A stretch of 64,000 nt of DNA from assembly GCA_963663765.2 (NCBI GenBank), contig CAXXUA010000003.1, positions 384,001 to 448,000 of the forward strand, read 5' to 3'. This document shows, in pieces, positions 24,201-33,697 of this stretch. A program made the position numbers and the translations under genes. The notes beneath the pieces are model-generated. The model did not search any database. It saw nothing but the letters and a program-made list of their open reading frames with translations, and was not told the origin of the DNA. The stretch is from Candidatus Poribacteria bacterium (GTDB taxonomy: Bacteria; Poribacteria; WGA-4E; WGA-3G). Position 1 is the first letter of the stretch. Each line of letters begins with the position of its first letter.

Positions 24201-26746
24201 GTCCCTTCCGTAAATACGGGAGCAACATTCACTGCCTCAAAGATTATCAGTGGCAAGTCGGATGACTTTGTCAAAGCATAACCGTTATGGGATGTGGGTA
24301 TACTCGGCAACGTGCCAATATTCACGGTAACTGCGCCAAGTGTATTGAGTGTTCTTGTAACGGCGAGTGTTCCGCTTTCGACACTGCCTTGTGAGATGGT
24401 GACACTGCTTGCGCTGTCTGCTGCACTGCCGTTCGCGACAGTAATTGGCAACACAACATCAAAAGGTGCACCGATGTGTATCACAGCTTTAAACTGATCT
24501 GTGCCGACCTTCTCTAAAGAGACTTCAAACGAGAATGGCGCGCCTGAATTACCTGTTAGCTGCAAGGTTGTCAAAGAGGTCATTCCTGCAAAGATGCCAT
24601 CAGGGAGACTACTCAGTTGGTTGCTTTCGAGATTGAGTGTGGCAAGAGCTAACAGTCCGGTAAAATCATTGCTTTGCAACGAAGTGATGGAATCGTTACT
24701 GAGATCCAACGAGGTGATCGCAGCGAGTTGTGCTTCACTAACATTTCGGCAGTCTGTTACTCCTGGTACTGCGGCAGCAATCGCATCTGCAACTGCTTTC
24801 GTCACGTTACATGTTGCGGATTTTGAAAGCGCATACCCGAAATGGTTTGTTGGTAAAGCGGGTAACGCTCCCATATCAATATATGCACCGCTCACAACAG
24901 GCACTGTTAGTGTTGAACTTCTGATAGTACCTTTTGACACTGTTAATGTTCCTAATTCTTCAGGTCGACTAACGCCATCTGTAAGGAGGAGTGGCACCGC
25001 AACATCAAAGGGTGCGCCTGCAGGTATCACGATCCTATATTGATTGTTACTTACCTGCTCTAATGACACAAAAATCGGCATCGGACTCACGGTGTTGCCA
25101 CCTAACCGAAGCGATGTCAATGAGGTTAATCCGTTGAATATACCATTGGGGAGTGCACTCAAACTGTTGCCGTAAAGGTTCAGAGTTCTAAGATTGGTAA
25201 GTCCAGAAAAATCACCTGCTTTTAAGGCGGTGATGCCCTTATTTCGGAGATTAAGTGAACCTATCTCCCTGAGATGTGCATCGGTAACATCAGATGCATC
25301 CGTAACATTCAGCACTGCCGCGACGATAGCATCACGCACTTCGGGTGTGCGGTCACTCACGCCAACAGACGCTGTGGATATGGTAGTATCCGCTACATCT
25401 ATAATACTTATCACTACTGAAATTGTATCGGTATCAGAGGTATCAGAAACGGTAATTGATACGAGATAGACACTTTTTGTCTCATAATCCAGGGCAGCTT
25501 CGGTTTTCAGTTGACCTGTCGTAGACTCAATCGCAAACGATGCCGCATCTCTCCCACCAAGCGTATAGGTTAAGGTATCATCCGAATCCTCGTCTGTAGC
25601 ACCTACTACCGTACCGATGTTTGTATTCGCTGCAGTGTTCTCAGCGATGGAACGCAAAGTAATCGTACCATCAGTAAAGGAAGGGGCGTTATTTTCAACC
25701 TCCTCCCCTTCGTCATCCGTTTCTGTTACGACCTCTTCAGTTACATCCGTAACATTAATCGTGACTGTAATCGTATCACTACCACCATTGCTATCTGATA
25801 CTGTAACTATGACGGTATAGGCGTTCTTCGTCTCATAATCCAGTGCTGCTTTCGTTTGGAGTTGTCCGGATGTGCTCACAATATCAAATGATGCCGCATC
25901 CGTACCACCAAGCGTGTAGGTTAACGTATCATCCGTATCCTCATCCGTCGCACCAATCGCAGTACCGATATTTGTCGTTGCTGCTGTGTTCTCAGCAATG
26001 GAACGTGTCACTGTCTCTCCATCTGTAAACATAGGGGCGTTGTTCACTGCTGTGGTCTCTTCGCTTAGTGGATCTATTTTGGCAAGTTCATATCCGTAAT
26101 GATTTCTTGGAAGCGATGGCAAAGTGTCACCGATTTCAACAGTTGTGCTGACTATAGAGGCTGCAGTAAAAGATGCACTTTCCACACTGCCTTTGGACAC
26201 GGTTTGATTCCCTAACGCTTGGGGGTTTACGCTATCTGATATTTCAAGGGCAACGGTAATGGCAAACGGGGCACCTGTTGGTACGACCACCTTGTAATTA
26301 CTACCATCAATATGCTCAACGTATATGCCGACTTGCATCGGGTCAGTGGTGTTTCCACCTAACCGCAACGTTGTCAACGCTGTTAGTCCTTCAAAAATAC
26401 CGTTGGGCAGTCTGCTCAGTTGGTTGCCATAGAGATTTAGGCTTGTCAGTCCTGTCATCCCGTCAAAATCACCAGATTTTAAAGCTGTGATGCTTTTGTT
26501 CCGCAAGTTAAGGCTTGTGATTGCTGCGAGATGTGTATTCGTTACATTTGCAGCATCCGTTACACCATCTACTGCTGCGACGATTGCATCCTGCACTTGT
26601 GTTGTTCGATCACTCACGGCAAGGATTGTCTCTATGTTTTCTTCTTGTGCTTCTGTTACAATTTGGAAATTAAAAATCAATAAAAAGGTTGCTAATACGA
26701 ATACTACATGTTTAAGGTTCTTTATATTAAAGTTCTTTATATTCAT
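18269..26746 (-). CDS. Giant secreted adhesin-like protein (2825 aa): LRR modules, many cadherin repeats, C-terminal FlgD-like sorting domain
   Basis: Signal peptide; LxxLxLxxN LRRs; repeated N.AP.F...AEN...ATD.D...LDYETK cadherin motifs; C-terminal LLPNFPNPFNPETWIPYQL...WDGRN...YFYQL. Confidence 0.93.
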   Translation of the reverse strand: MNIKNFNIKNLKHVVFVLATFLLIFNFQIVTEAQEENIETILAVSDRTTQVQDAIVAAVDGVTDAANVTNTHLAAITSLNLRNKSITALKSGDFDGMTGLTSLNLYGNQLSRLPNGIFEGLTALTTLRLGGNTTDPMQVGIYVEHIDGSNYKVVVPTGAPFAITVALEISDSVNPQALGNQTVSKGSVESASFTAASIVSTTVEIGDTLPSLPRNHYGYELAKIDPLSEETTAVNNAPMFTDGETVTRSIAENTAATTNIGTAIGATDEDTDDTLTYTLGGTDAASFDIVSTSGQLQTKAALDYETKNAYTVIVTVSDSNGGSDTITVTINVTDVTEEVVTETDDEGEEVENNAPSFTDGTITLRSIAENTAANTNIGTVVGATDEDSDDTLTYTLGGRDAASFAIESTTGQLKTEAALDYETKSVYLVSITVSDTSDTDTISVVISIIDVADTTISTASVGVSDRTPEVRDAIVAAVLNVTDASDVTDAHLREIGSLNLRNKGITALKAGDFSGLTNLRTLNLYGNSLSALPNGIFNGLTSLTSLRLGGNTVSPMPIFVSLEQVSNNQYRIVIPAGAPFDVAVPLLLTDGVSRPEELGTLTVSKGTIRSSTLTVPVVSGAYIDMGALPALPTNHFGYALSKSATCNVTKAVADAIAAAVPGVTDCRNVSEAQLAAITSLDLSNDSITSLQSNDFTGLLALATLNLESNQLSSLPDGIFAGMTSLTTLQLTGNSGAPFSFEVSLEKVGTDQFKAVIHIGAPFDVVLPITVANGSAADSASSVTISQGSVESGTLAVTRTLNTLGAVTVNIGTLPSIPTSHNGYALTKSSDLPLIIFEAVNVAPVFTEGTDATRSIAENTAPGTNIGSPVSATDGNSTDTHVYSLSGTDASSFTIVASTGQLQTRAALDFETKDSYTVIVNVTDNNLSDTITVTIDVTDVVENVAPVFTDGTSTTRSIAENTAPGTNIGTPVAATDGNSSDTLVYSLTGTDASSFTIVASTGQLQTRAPLDFETKDSYTVIVNVTDNNLSDTITVTIDVTDVVENVAPVFTDGTSTTRSIAENTAAGTNIGTPVEATDANGDDTLTYTLSGTDAATFDIVSTTGQLQTKNALNYERKNSYSVTVTVSDGEGGSDSINVTINVTDVKNEGTQQQVERNVPETPSNNAPTFTDGLSTTRSVAENTESGSNIGTPVAATDQDLTDTLTYTLGGTDAASFTIVGTTGQLQTNAALNYETKTSYSVTVNVSDGRGGSDSISVTINVTDVENESTEQTPVITNNAPTFTDGLSTTRSVAENTESGSNIGTPVAATDQDLTDTLTYTLGGTDAASFTIVGTTGQLQTNAALDYETKTSYTVTVNVSDGNGGTDSITVTINVTDVTEVVGPNVAPVFTEGDSTYRLIESQPNAGTNVGDPITATDANNDTLTYSLSGTHANRFNINSATGQLSVKVGGVGFSYWDDAFRKSTVTITVSDSNGGTDTITVNVHLISAHGNHAYNNHSPFFADAHLGETYPEPLYTFIDIMDNVREFEIAENSDIGSLVAAIYVADEDISHQNKMRSSIGGPDAALFTVSDNGRLDLTAIFIGGPLVTFSITEVYTNTELDYETKEDYSIVLTVTDLKGATDTLSLNIKVTDVNEAPSFSDGSSATRAIAENVSTGTSVGSALSATDPEGESLTYTLGGTDAASFSISRTTGQLTTSTAIDFETKPSYTVTVTASDGTNSTDITVTISVTDLNEVVTQNAPVFTNGTSISRSVAGTSTSRSVAENSASGTNIGSAVTATDADPGTTLTYSLSGTDAASFSIVGSTGQLQTSAALDYETKASYSVTITVSDGNLSDTIAVTINVTDANDAPEFDEGTTTTRTVGEEVAIGTIVGNPVDAVDQDRDVLNYTLSGTDAASFTIDSTTGQLRTAVELDFDTKRTYSVVVTATDNETDTDADTDTPLSDSITVTINVGQYFPGSQPPEFDELSVNLFATITRSVDENTASGTNIGSPVSATDPDENDELTYSLPSGQRDNDSFTIVSSTGQLQTSAALNHETKDSYTVFISVTDGSNNRTTTVTINVNDINDAPVFTDGTSVTLTVAENTVEDSNIGSTVAATDEDEPANTLTYTLSGTDAASFDVVSTSGQIKTKADLDYETKNSYSVTLSVSDGNQGTDSIAVTIKVTDVTEVANEPPAFSDGATATRSIPENTASGSNVGPAFTATDPDSGDTVSYSLSGTDAASFSVNSSTGQLTTATTFDFETKTSYTVIITASDAKPNNGKDTITVTINITNVTENNDPTFTDGESVTRSIDETAYTADVLSLSWENIGDPITATDADNDTLTYAITNSSSLFRIQSSGQLQGIGLDHETTASHTLTITATDTNNGSDSISVTVTVIDTNEIPLISSDNEPTLSFNAGNAASTNLGSIYTAYDYDDSDTLTFSLGGTNVDLFQLTTTTTAAYTGSDGYAVQATAQLQNKAELAAGTFSVDIEATDTAGLKATTRVTINVIGGPSPAVADRTAAVRDAIVAAIDGVTSASDITGAHLASITALNLSSKSISSLSTGDFNGMSSLTSLDLSDNLLGTSLPDGIFSGLSLSTLDLSGNSGTPAIVLSMERVADSDSDIKTADVRVKVNTAAPFDMQVDVLTHVKLCLFGFCGEWLVGIRSQQPTISAGSIYSDTFVVDTDATTISVSRIGVSIDATMYPSLPSGHSGYAFNNSSDQPLEVLPDDEGTGAPSLQSSADSQRPETTALLPNFPNPFNPETWIPYQLNKPSVVSITIYDIQGNIVRHLDLGQKQAGYYTDRSRAGYWDGRNAVGERVANGVYFYQLKAGDYSYLRKMLIVK

Positions 26747-27012
26747 GCTCTCATCTATTCCTTATATGATAGATAACCTAGTTTGCGACCTAATCAATAT
26801 ATATGTTTAATCCCACAAACATCATATTACAACATATTTGAATTAGTTATTATATATTTTATTATAGTCTTAATATGAATAATTATACACAAATTCAACA
26901 AATTTGTCAAATTAAATCTGTTGATGATTTCGAATTAACCAGTAATCCACATGATGTTTCAGCAAAGTGGTATTTGCACACTTGTGATATGATATCGCAA
27001 TGCCTGACTTGA

Positions 27013-28104
27013 TTGACGCGCTTAGAAAACACGGTTATGACTTCGGGGCAACTGATAAATACTTTAAACGATATTATTGAACGCTGCCACAATCGGCACG
27101 AAAAACCGCTACGACAACGGAAAACAATTGTAACACCTGCGATCTATAAAGGGTTGATATACCATTTCACGGTGTATTGTGCACATAGAAAACCGATCCG
27201 GCTGCATGATTTAGCGTTTGCGAACATCTTCTTTATGCCGATAGGCGGTGCGCCGCGGCTTGACCGCATGCCACAGTCTTTTGGTGGGAAACGATTCTTG
27301 AAACGTTAAGGAATGGAAGATTGGGAGATACGACAATGGCACACATCTTGGGGTATACAGATATACACAGGGATACCGTCTAAAATAAATGATCCCTGTT
27401 GGCACGATATAGAATTCAAATACGCGGTAATCTGCGCTGCACCCGAGGCTGTTCTCACTTGTATTGATAGACTCATTAGCGTGGTGTCAAGTCCGTGATT
27501 GACAATCACAAAATCTGGCGGACTCCGTTTTTCCTGTCGAATCCCGAATTATCTGCACCCTAACACAGTTGATAAAAGATTTTACATCTACAAAGATGTC
27601 TCAACCCAGGGAACTCAGCAGCATCGACAAGTGTATCTCGAAATCCGTGGTGAATCAGGTCATAGCCCATGGGACGCACGTTATGAGTTACTACGGGGTA
27701 ATCTGTTAGCACCACCTGTGATTGCTAAAGAGGTGATCTTTACCTCGCTTGAAGTGTTACGTAATGAACTTGACGGTTCCGAGTTGGTCAGAACATCTGA
27801 CACAGAAACGTTTGTCGGCTCGTTACCATCACTCGGTTCACATAAATTGGATCTCGCAAAGGAAGCATTTTTTAAGCGAGGGTACGTTTATCTGCTACAA
27901 GAAAACAAATGGCATCACTGGACACAACACACCACCGAGAAGAATGACACAAACGTACTGTTATGGGAACACGACGGGACTATCTGGATACGTGCAACGA
28001 ACACCGATGTTGGCTTACCGATGGTCGATACACCTATCACTGCTGTATGGAATGATACTGGTATCCTGTCACCGATTACCGAATGGGACTGTCGGTGTCT
28101 GATA
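27013..28104 (+). pseudogene. Decayed hypothetical gene, possibly primase-polymerase-like N-terminus
   Basis: Three ORFs in one frame separated by TAA 27307 and TGA 27496; TKSGGLRF motif; truncated by the MITE array. Confidence 0.55.
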
Positions 28105-28733
28105 ACACCATTTTCATGTGAAAATGTCTCATTAGCAGCGGAAATCGGGTAGGAGCAACATCACGGTCGCGACCGGGAGGGCGCTCCTACCGAAGAGAGT
28201 AACACCCTGCCAGTAAACAGTAGAATTCCATAATGAGAAAAGATTTATGAGAATGGGTATAATAACATTTTCAAGGGATAATGTCTCATTAGCAGCGGAA
28301 ATCGGGTAGGAGCAACATCACGGTCGCGACCGGGAGGGCGCTCCTACCGAAGAGAGTAACACCCTGCCAGTAAACAGTAGAATTCCATAATGAGAAAAGA
28401 TTTATGAGAATGGGTATAATAACATTTTCAAGGGATAATGTCTCATTAGCAGCGGAAATCGGGTAGGAGCAACATCACGGTCGCGACCGGGAGGGCGCTC
28501 CTACCGAAGAGAGTAACACCCTGCCAGTAAACAGTAGAATTCCATAATGAGAAAAGATTTATGAGAATGGGTATAATAACATTTTCAAGGGATAATGTCT
28601 CATTAGCAGCGGAAATCGGGTAGGAGCAACATCACGGTCGCGACCGGGAGGTCGCTCCTACCGAAGAGAGTAACACCCTGCCAATAAACAGTAGAATTCC
28701 ATAATGAGAAAAGATTTATGAGAATGGGTATAA
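28105..28733 (+). repeat. Head-to-tail array of four 157-bp MITE units
   Basis: gtctcattag at 28126, 28283, 28440 and 28597; same unit as 17290-18231. Confidence 0.95.
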
Positions 28734-28811
28734 TAACATTTTCATGGGATAATGGTATAACATTATTTTCGTCGTAATTCTTGACTAAAACATGAAAACT
28801 GCGTAAGTCCT

Positions 28812-29184
28812 GTATATAAACAGATCTTACTATTTTTTGAGTCTTAAATAACGCCAAAACTCCCCTTTGCTTTTGGCGTTCAGTTACCATATTTTTTTCG
28901 AGCGACCTCGCAGCTTCCAGTTGTTCCTTTAGGAGTTCCACCTGTTCTTCCAGGACTGCTATGACCGCCCCGTTTTCAGCGTTCCCATTTGTTCCCACTT
29001 CGTGGTTCGGGGAATTCCCGTTTTCTCTCAACTGGTAAACGCACTGGAGTTCTGCTACATCAATAACCTTTTTACCACGCTCGTCTTTTTCAAAAGAGAT
29101 TGTCCCGTTGTCCATATCTCTGTAGATGCCAGACTGCGATACTTCAAACATTTCTACGGCTTTGGAGACTCGTATTTTTGACAT
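28812..29184 (-). pseudogene. Plasmid-type HTH/coiled-coil protein (entry exclusion 1-like), 3' end disrupted by a MITE
   Basis: MSKIRVSKAVEMFEVSQSGIYRDMDNGTIS...IDVAEL..VY; paralog at 40702-41085. Confidence 0.6.
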
Positions 29185-29319
29185 TTCCACTTTCTCCCAA
29201 AAACTCCAATTGGTAATTGTCATGGGTAATGATGGGAATTGCGGGGTGGTGACAAAAAAAGACCCTAGGTTGGGTTTGACGAGGGTAGTGAGAAGGTTAA
29301 CTTTTTAGAGATTCGCGTA

Positions 29320-30725
29320 TCACATATCTTTTAGTGCTATTAAAACTTCTCTTTCCATACGTTTATTGCCCGTAGTTTTGCATAGTTGTAATGCTTTTTG
29401 CAAATCTTCTTTGGCAGGTTTCAACTCCGCTAAATATCTTTTTGCCAATCCACGAGCATAGAATGCATCTATATAATCTGTGTTTATAGTAATTGCCCTG
29501 TCAAAGTCTTGAATAGCATCTGTATAATTTCCTGATTGTCGTTTGGCAACACCTCGATCATAATAAGCATTGGCATTGTTTGGATCTAATTCTATTGCTT
29601 TGTCAAGGTCTGATATACATGCTTCAGGGTGTCCTAATCTTGTTTTGGCGTGCGCTCTACCGTAATATGCTTCTGCATTGTTAGGATCCTGACGAATTGC
29701 TTTATCAAAATCGTATATAGCGTCAAACTATTCATACATGAATAGTTTTATATTACCTCTGTTATAATATGCCAAAGGATAGTCTTCCCTTAACTTAATC
29801 GCATTATCAATATCTTGGACAGCATCTTTATAATCCCCGAGGTTGCGGTAGGCAATACCCCGGTTGTAGTACGCTTCTGCAGAATTGGGTTGTAATTTTA
29901 TGGCAGTATTAAAATCTGTAATTGCATCTTCAGGACGGTCTAATTGTCCTTTCGTTACACCTCTATGATAATAAGCTTCTGCGTTGTTTTTATCTAAATT
30001 AATTGCATCGCTAAAATCTGTAATTGCTTCAAAATACTGTCCATCACTTCTTTTAACTTGTCCCTTAAAATATAAACCTCAACATTTTTGGGTTTCTTGT
30101 TCAATCGCAAGATCAAAATCCTCTATAGCCTCTTTATATCTGCCTTCGTTATACCGGGTTGTTCCCCTATGGATGTATGCATCCACTGATGAAAGTTCTA
30201 CAGATTCCTCAAATTGTTCTACAATAGGGTTTTTGGTATCTTCCATTAGGTGGTTCCTTTCCCAAACTGCAGATCATACGATTGCTTATCCGCACCTTTA
30301 TCATCATTTACTACTTGATCTGGAATGAGTTCCGGTTCTAGCTGATTATTTTTGTTCCTACTAGATAAAATGTGAAGTATAATTGGCATGATTATACCCC
30401 CAACAATAGCGACAAGAATTATATTTTGAATTGTTCTGAACCATACTGTTCGCTCTTCAATAACAGATATTCTCACGTTGAAGCCATTCATGCTGGTAGT
30501 GAGATTTTTCACACTTTCTGTAAGTTGTTTTTGACTTTCTGTGAGTTGACCAACATTGGTGGTAAGATTCTTAATATTATCTGACAGTTCTCGTAAATCT
30601 ATTGTTTCGGTATATTTAAAAACAGATGATTCTGGGTTGGACTGTTGGCTGAACGTAGCAGGGGTAACGCAAAAGATAAAGAAAATAACAAAAACATTCC
30701 AATGGATTCCCCACGCTGTACGCAT
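29320..30725 (-). pseudogene. Secreted/membrane TPR-repeat protein, disrupted
   Basis: ORF 30725-30246 (signal peptide, coiled coil, TM) continues out of frame into TPRs such as AEAYYNRGIAYRNLGDYKDAVQDIDNAIKL; contains an internal stop. Confidence 0.7.
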
Positions 30726-31036
30726 TATAATTCTCCTAAATATTATCTGGTGGCAAAAAAGGGTTGATATTCGCTTATAGCATATTTATTATAGCATCTT
30801 TCAAGAGAAAAAGAACAACAATAATTGTTTACGAGACATTATTCTATGTTTGCCGTGTGTTGATGTTCGTTGCCGTTTATATCAGTTACTTTAAATGGTG
30901 CGTTAATGTCTGTGGCAATCTCCATTATATTTCCTCTATTTTTAACTTTACGTATAGTTGTGCATGTGTGAGTTAATGATGTCTTGCACCACAAACAGAC
31001 TTTGCTTAACGGTTCAGTATAATAATAACCAGTGGA

Positions 31037-31285
31037 TTATTGGTTATTATCGGTATCCAGTAATGTCAATTGTTTCTCGTTGTCTTTATCTAAGTGACGA
31101 TACGTGCTAACATTTTTACCTTTTGCTTTGCGATCCTTAAAAGTATTCTCTACTACATGCAACTCAAGTTCTTTCTGGATTTTTGGCATTTCACATGGTG
31201 ACGCATCCAATCTTGCACATGTCATATTTATATATGCTTCACTTCTGTCAATGCCTATATATTTGTGTCCCAATAGTTTGGCTTA
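31037..31285 (-). pseudogene. C-terminal remnant of an N4/N6 DNA methyltransferase
   Basis: AKLLGHKYIGIDRSEAYINMTCARL matches the post-motif-I tail of beta-class MTases. Confidence 0.55.
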
Positions 31286-31358
31286 TCTGACATGGTGTTT
31301 AGCGTTGAATAATGCTAATTATAATACGCTATTTCAGGATATGCATACAACGGAATAA

Positions 31359-32120
31359 TCAATTTACACCTATTAGATTAGCAACAAGCACAAGGTCTAA
31401 TATATTGACCACACCGTCACCGTTCACATCTTCGCGAAGAATATCGTCAACCATCATATCATCGGGAAGAGTATCATTTGACCATAAACCTTTCATTGTC
31501 AAACGGGCGCGTTCACCATAATGCACAAACAACGCTTCTTGCTCAAACGGAAAGTCTGTATATGCATGTCCATACCCTTGACGCACAATCTCTAAATTCA
31601 CGAACAGTCCATCAGGTGCCCGGTAAAGATATGCTAACGTCCGTCCAAATATATCTGTTGTGTTCTGAGGATCAAAACGTAAATAAACATGTTCACCTTG
31701 TAAAAGATTTCGAGTGAACATTGAGGCTTCTTTACCATATTCTTCTTCAGGTATTCTCGGATGCACCGTTTCTGGTGTATCTACACCGATAAGCCTTACG
31801 CTTGTTTCTGTGCCTTCATAATCAATTATAACTGTGTCGCCATCAACGATTCGTATTACTTCATGCGCAATGTCATCAGCAAAATCCAACACAGGTATAG
31901 GAATAACTGGTGGAATCATTTCAACTGGATTATCATCTTCGTCTATGACGTTACCATCTTCGTCTATGGTGTTACCATCTTCGTCATGAAAATGATAGAC
32001 TCCAGTTGCATTGTTAGTGTGCCCGCCGTTTGCGTCAGTTCGACCGCCATGTGTGTATGCATACACCGCTATAAATAGAACGCCCAGTAAAACCAATAAA
32101 ATAAAAGACCATTTATACAT
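31359..32120 (-). CDS. Secreted thermonuclease (SNase) with N-terminal YHYH-like and C-terminal dockerin-like motifs
   Basis: HGGRTDANGGH...YHFH; RIVDGDT, VRLIGVDTPET, DIFGRTLAY, GLW; DVNGDGVVNILDLVLVA. Confidence 0.88.
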   Translation of the reverse strand: MYKWSFILLVLLGVLFIAVYAYTHGGRTDANGGHTNNATGVYHFHDEDGNTIDEDGNVIDEDDNPVEMIPPVIPIPVLDFADDIAHEVIRIVDGDTVIIDYEGTETSVRLIGVDTPETVHPRIPEEEYGKEASMFTRNLLQGEHVYLRFDPQNTTDIFGRTLAYLYRAPDGLFVNLEIVRQGYGHAYTDFPFEQEALFVHYGERARLTMKGLWSNDTLPDDMMVDDILREDVNGDGVVNILDLVLVANLIGVN

Positions 32121-32215
32121 GTTGTTCCTCTTTGTTTGTCGGTGTTATATTACATAACACCGTATCAAATGTCTTTGAATCCCATTATAATACGGTGTTT
32201 GTTCTCTGTTTTTAA

Positions 32216-32450
32216 TCATTCAGGTTTTAATACTTCCAAAAGATTACCTTTTAGATCAGCTTTTACTGCAATCGTATTTGTAACAATAGCATTATAGACG
32301 TTTGTTCCTCTATATTTCATCTCTATTATCCGGTAGTCCTCCTTTTTGTTTGATTGGAATGATTTAGGATTATGCATGCTCTTTTTGACGAACTCAACTG
32401 TGGTTAAATGACTGCCATCAAATAAAAATTGCTTTGATAATTGGATAAAC
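32216..32450 (-). pseudogene. Fragment of a hypothetical protein
   Basis: Open frame DGSHLTTVEFVKKSMHNPKSF...MKYRGTNVYNAIVTNTIAVKADLKGNLLEV* with no clear start. Confidence 0.4.
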
Positions 32451-32512
32451 TCACCTTTTATAGCAGTGGCTTTCGATATTGCTTAACGTTTCGGTATGAA
32501 ATTACGCTTTTA

Positions 32513-32778
32513 TTAGGTTTTATACTCGTTTCTCCGATCATGCAAATCTTTGTGACAATATTCACACAGAGCCACGAGTTCAAAGAGCGGTTCATTTCCA
32601 ATATGGTGATAGCGTTTGTGATGGACAACTTCCGCACGCGATCCGCAGATGCAGAGGTAGTCATCTCGTTTGAGAACCTCTTTCCGTTCTTTTTCCACTC
32701 TGCGGATTGGATATAAAGCGGATAGTATTTGTTCCAGTCCTTTGATATTAAGCCTGCCCAGTCTATTGTTTCTGCCAT
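32513..32778 (-). pseudogene. HNH endonuclease split by a -1 frameshift (copy 1)
   Basis: YIQSAEWK / KERKEVLKRDDYLCICG..AEVVHHKRY...LVALCEYCHKDLH. Confidence 0.75.
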
Positions 32779-33518
32779 TATTTGATAATAAATGTCACTT
32801 CATAAGGTTCAGGGGCAGAACCTTGAACAAAAAAATGAATATGTTCGCTTGTTTCCATATATCTTTTCTATGTTAAAAGGTGGGTACAACCAGTAAATAG
32901 CATAATTATTATGATCATCAATATTATTGCTATTAACCCGAATAATGACACAAGATTCCAATTGCCGCGTAGTTTAGCCCCTCTGGTTAGAAATGCAAAC
33001 ACGACAAAACAGATCATCAAAATTGTCTTCATATATACGACTCGTTCTTTAAATTATTCTGATATTTCTCAAGAATATATCAGGACAAATGCAAAGTACG
33101 CCTGAAATATAATTATAATTGAACGCAATTGTGACGAAGTATAACATGAACCGTGAAGAATTACGATAAAGTCTTAACAATCCCCACACATGCGTCCACG
33201 CATATACGCACATCTGAACATGTGCAGCAACGCACAAACGCATGTCCGCATATGTGCGTATCCGCACATATCGAGATGTCCGATGAAAACAATAGCACTT
33301 CTCTCGAGAAAAGGTGGGACAGGTAAAACGACACTTGCTATACATATACCAGTCGCAGCAGAAAAGACAGGACATACCGCAGCCTTGTCAGATGAAAACG
33401 CTCATCGGCTGGACAGACGGATATGGAAATAATGAAAAAGCGTATGGTCTGGGGGATCGTAAAAAAATAGACATGACCATAGAACTCGCGGATGGCAAGA
33501 TACATTTACAGCCACATC
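32529..33518. repeat. ~1-kb duplication, copy 1 (HNH + parA remnant)
   Basis: Near-identical to 39532-40522, offset 7003 bp. Confidence 0.95.
33283..33432 (+). pseudogene. ParA ATPase N-terminal remnant
   Basis: MKTIALLSRKGGTGKTTLAIH (deviant Walker A); truncated; duplicated at 40286. Confidence 0.75.
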
Positions 33519-33668
33519 TCGAATTTCCACTTGGCAAGAATCACAAGGTCTGAATAGATACATAACGCCATTAGTACGTATCAGGTGGTAGAGTATACAA
33601 ATGCATTGGTCGGAGGTAGGACGCTGAATAAGTCTTTTGAGAAATGGGAAGTTAGTGCGTAAAAAAAC

Positions 33669-33697
33669 TTGCATTCAGGATAAAATCGTGATATAAT
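33669..33697 (+). promoter_or_regulatory. Sigma70-like promoter
   Basis: TTGCAT-17 bp-TATAAT with an extended TG. Confidence 0.6.

Noticed and set aside
18430-26810. Many plus-strand ORFs
   Set aside because: Antisense shadows of the giant adhesin gene
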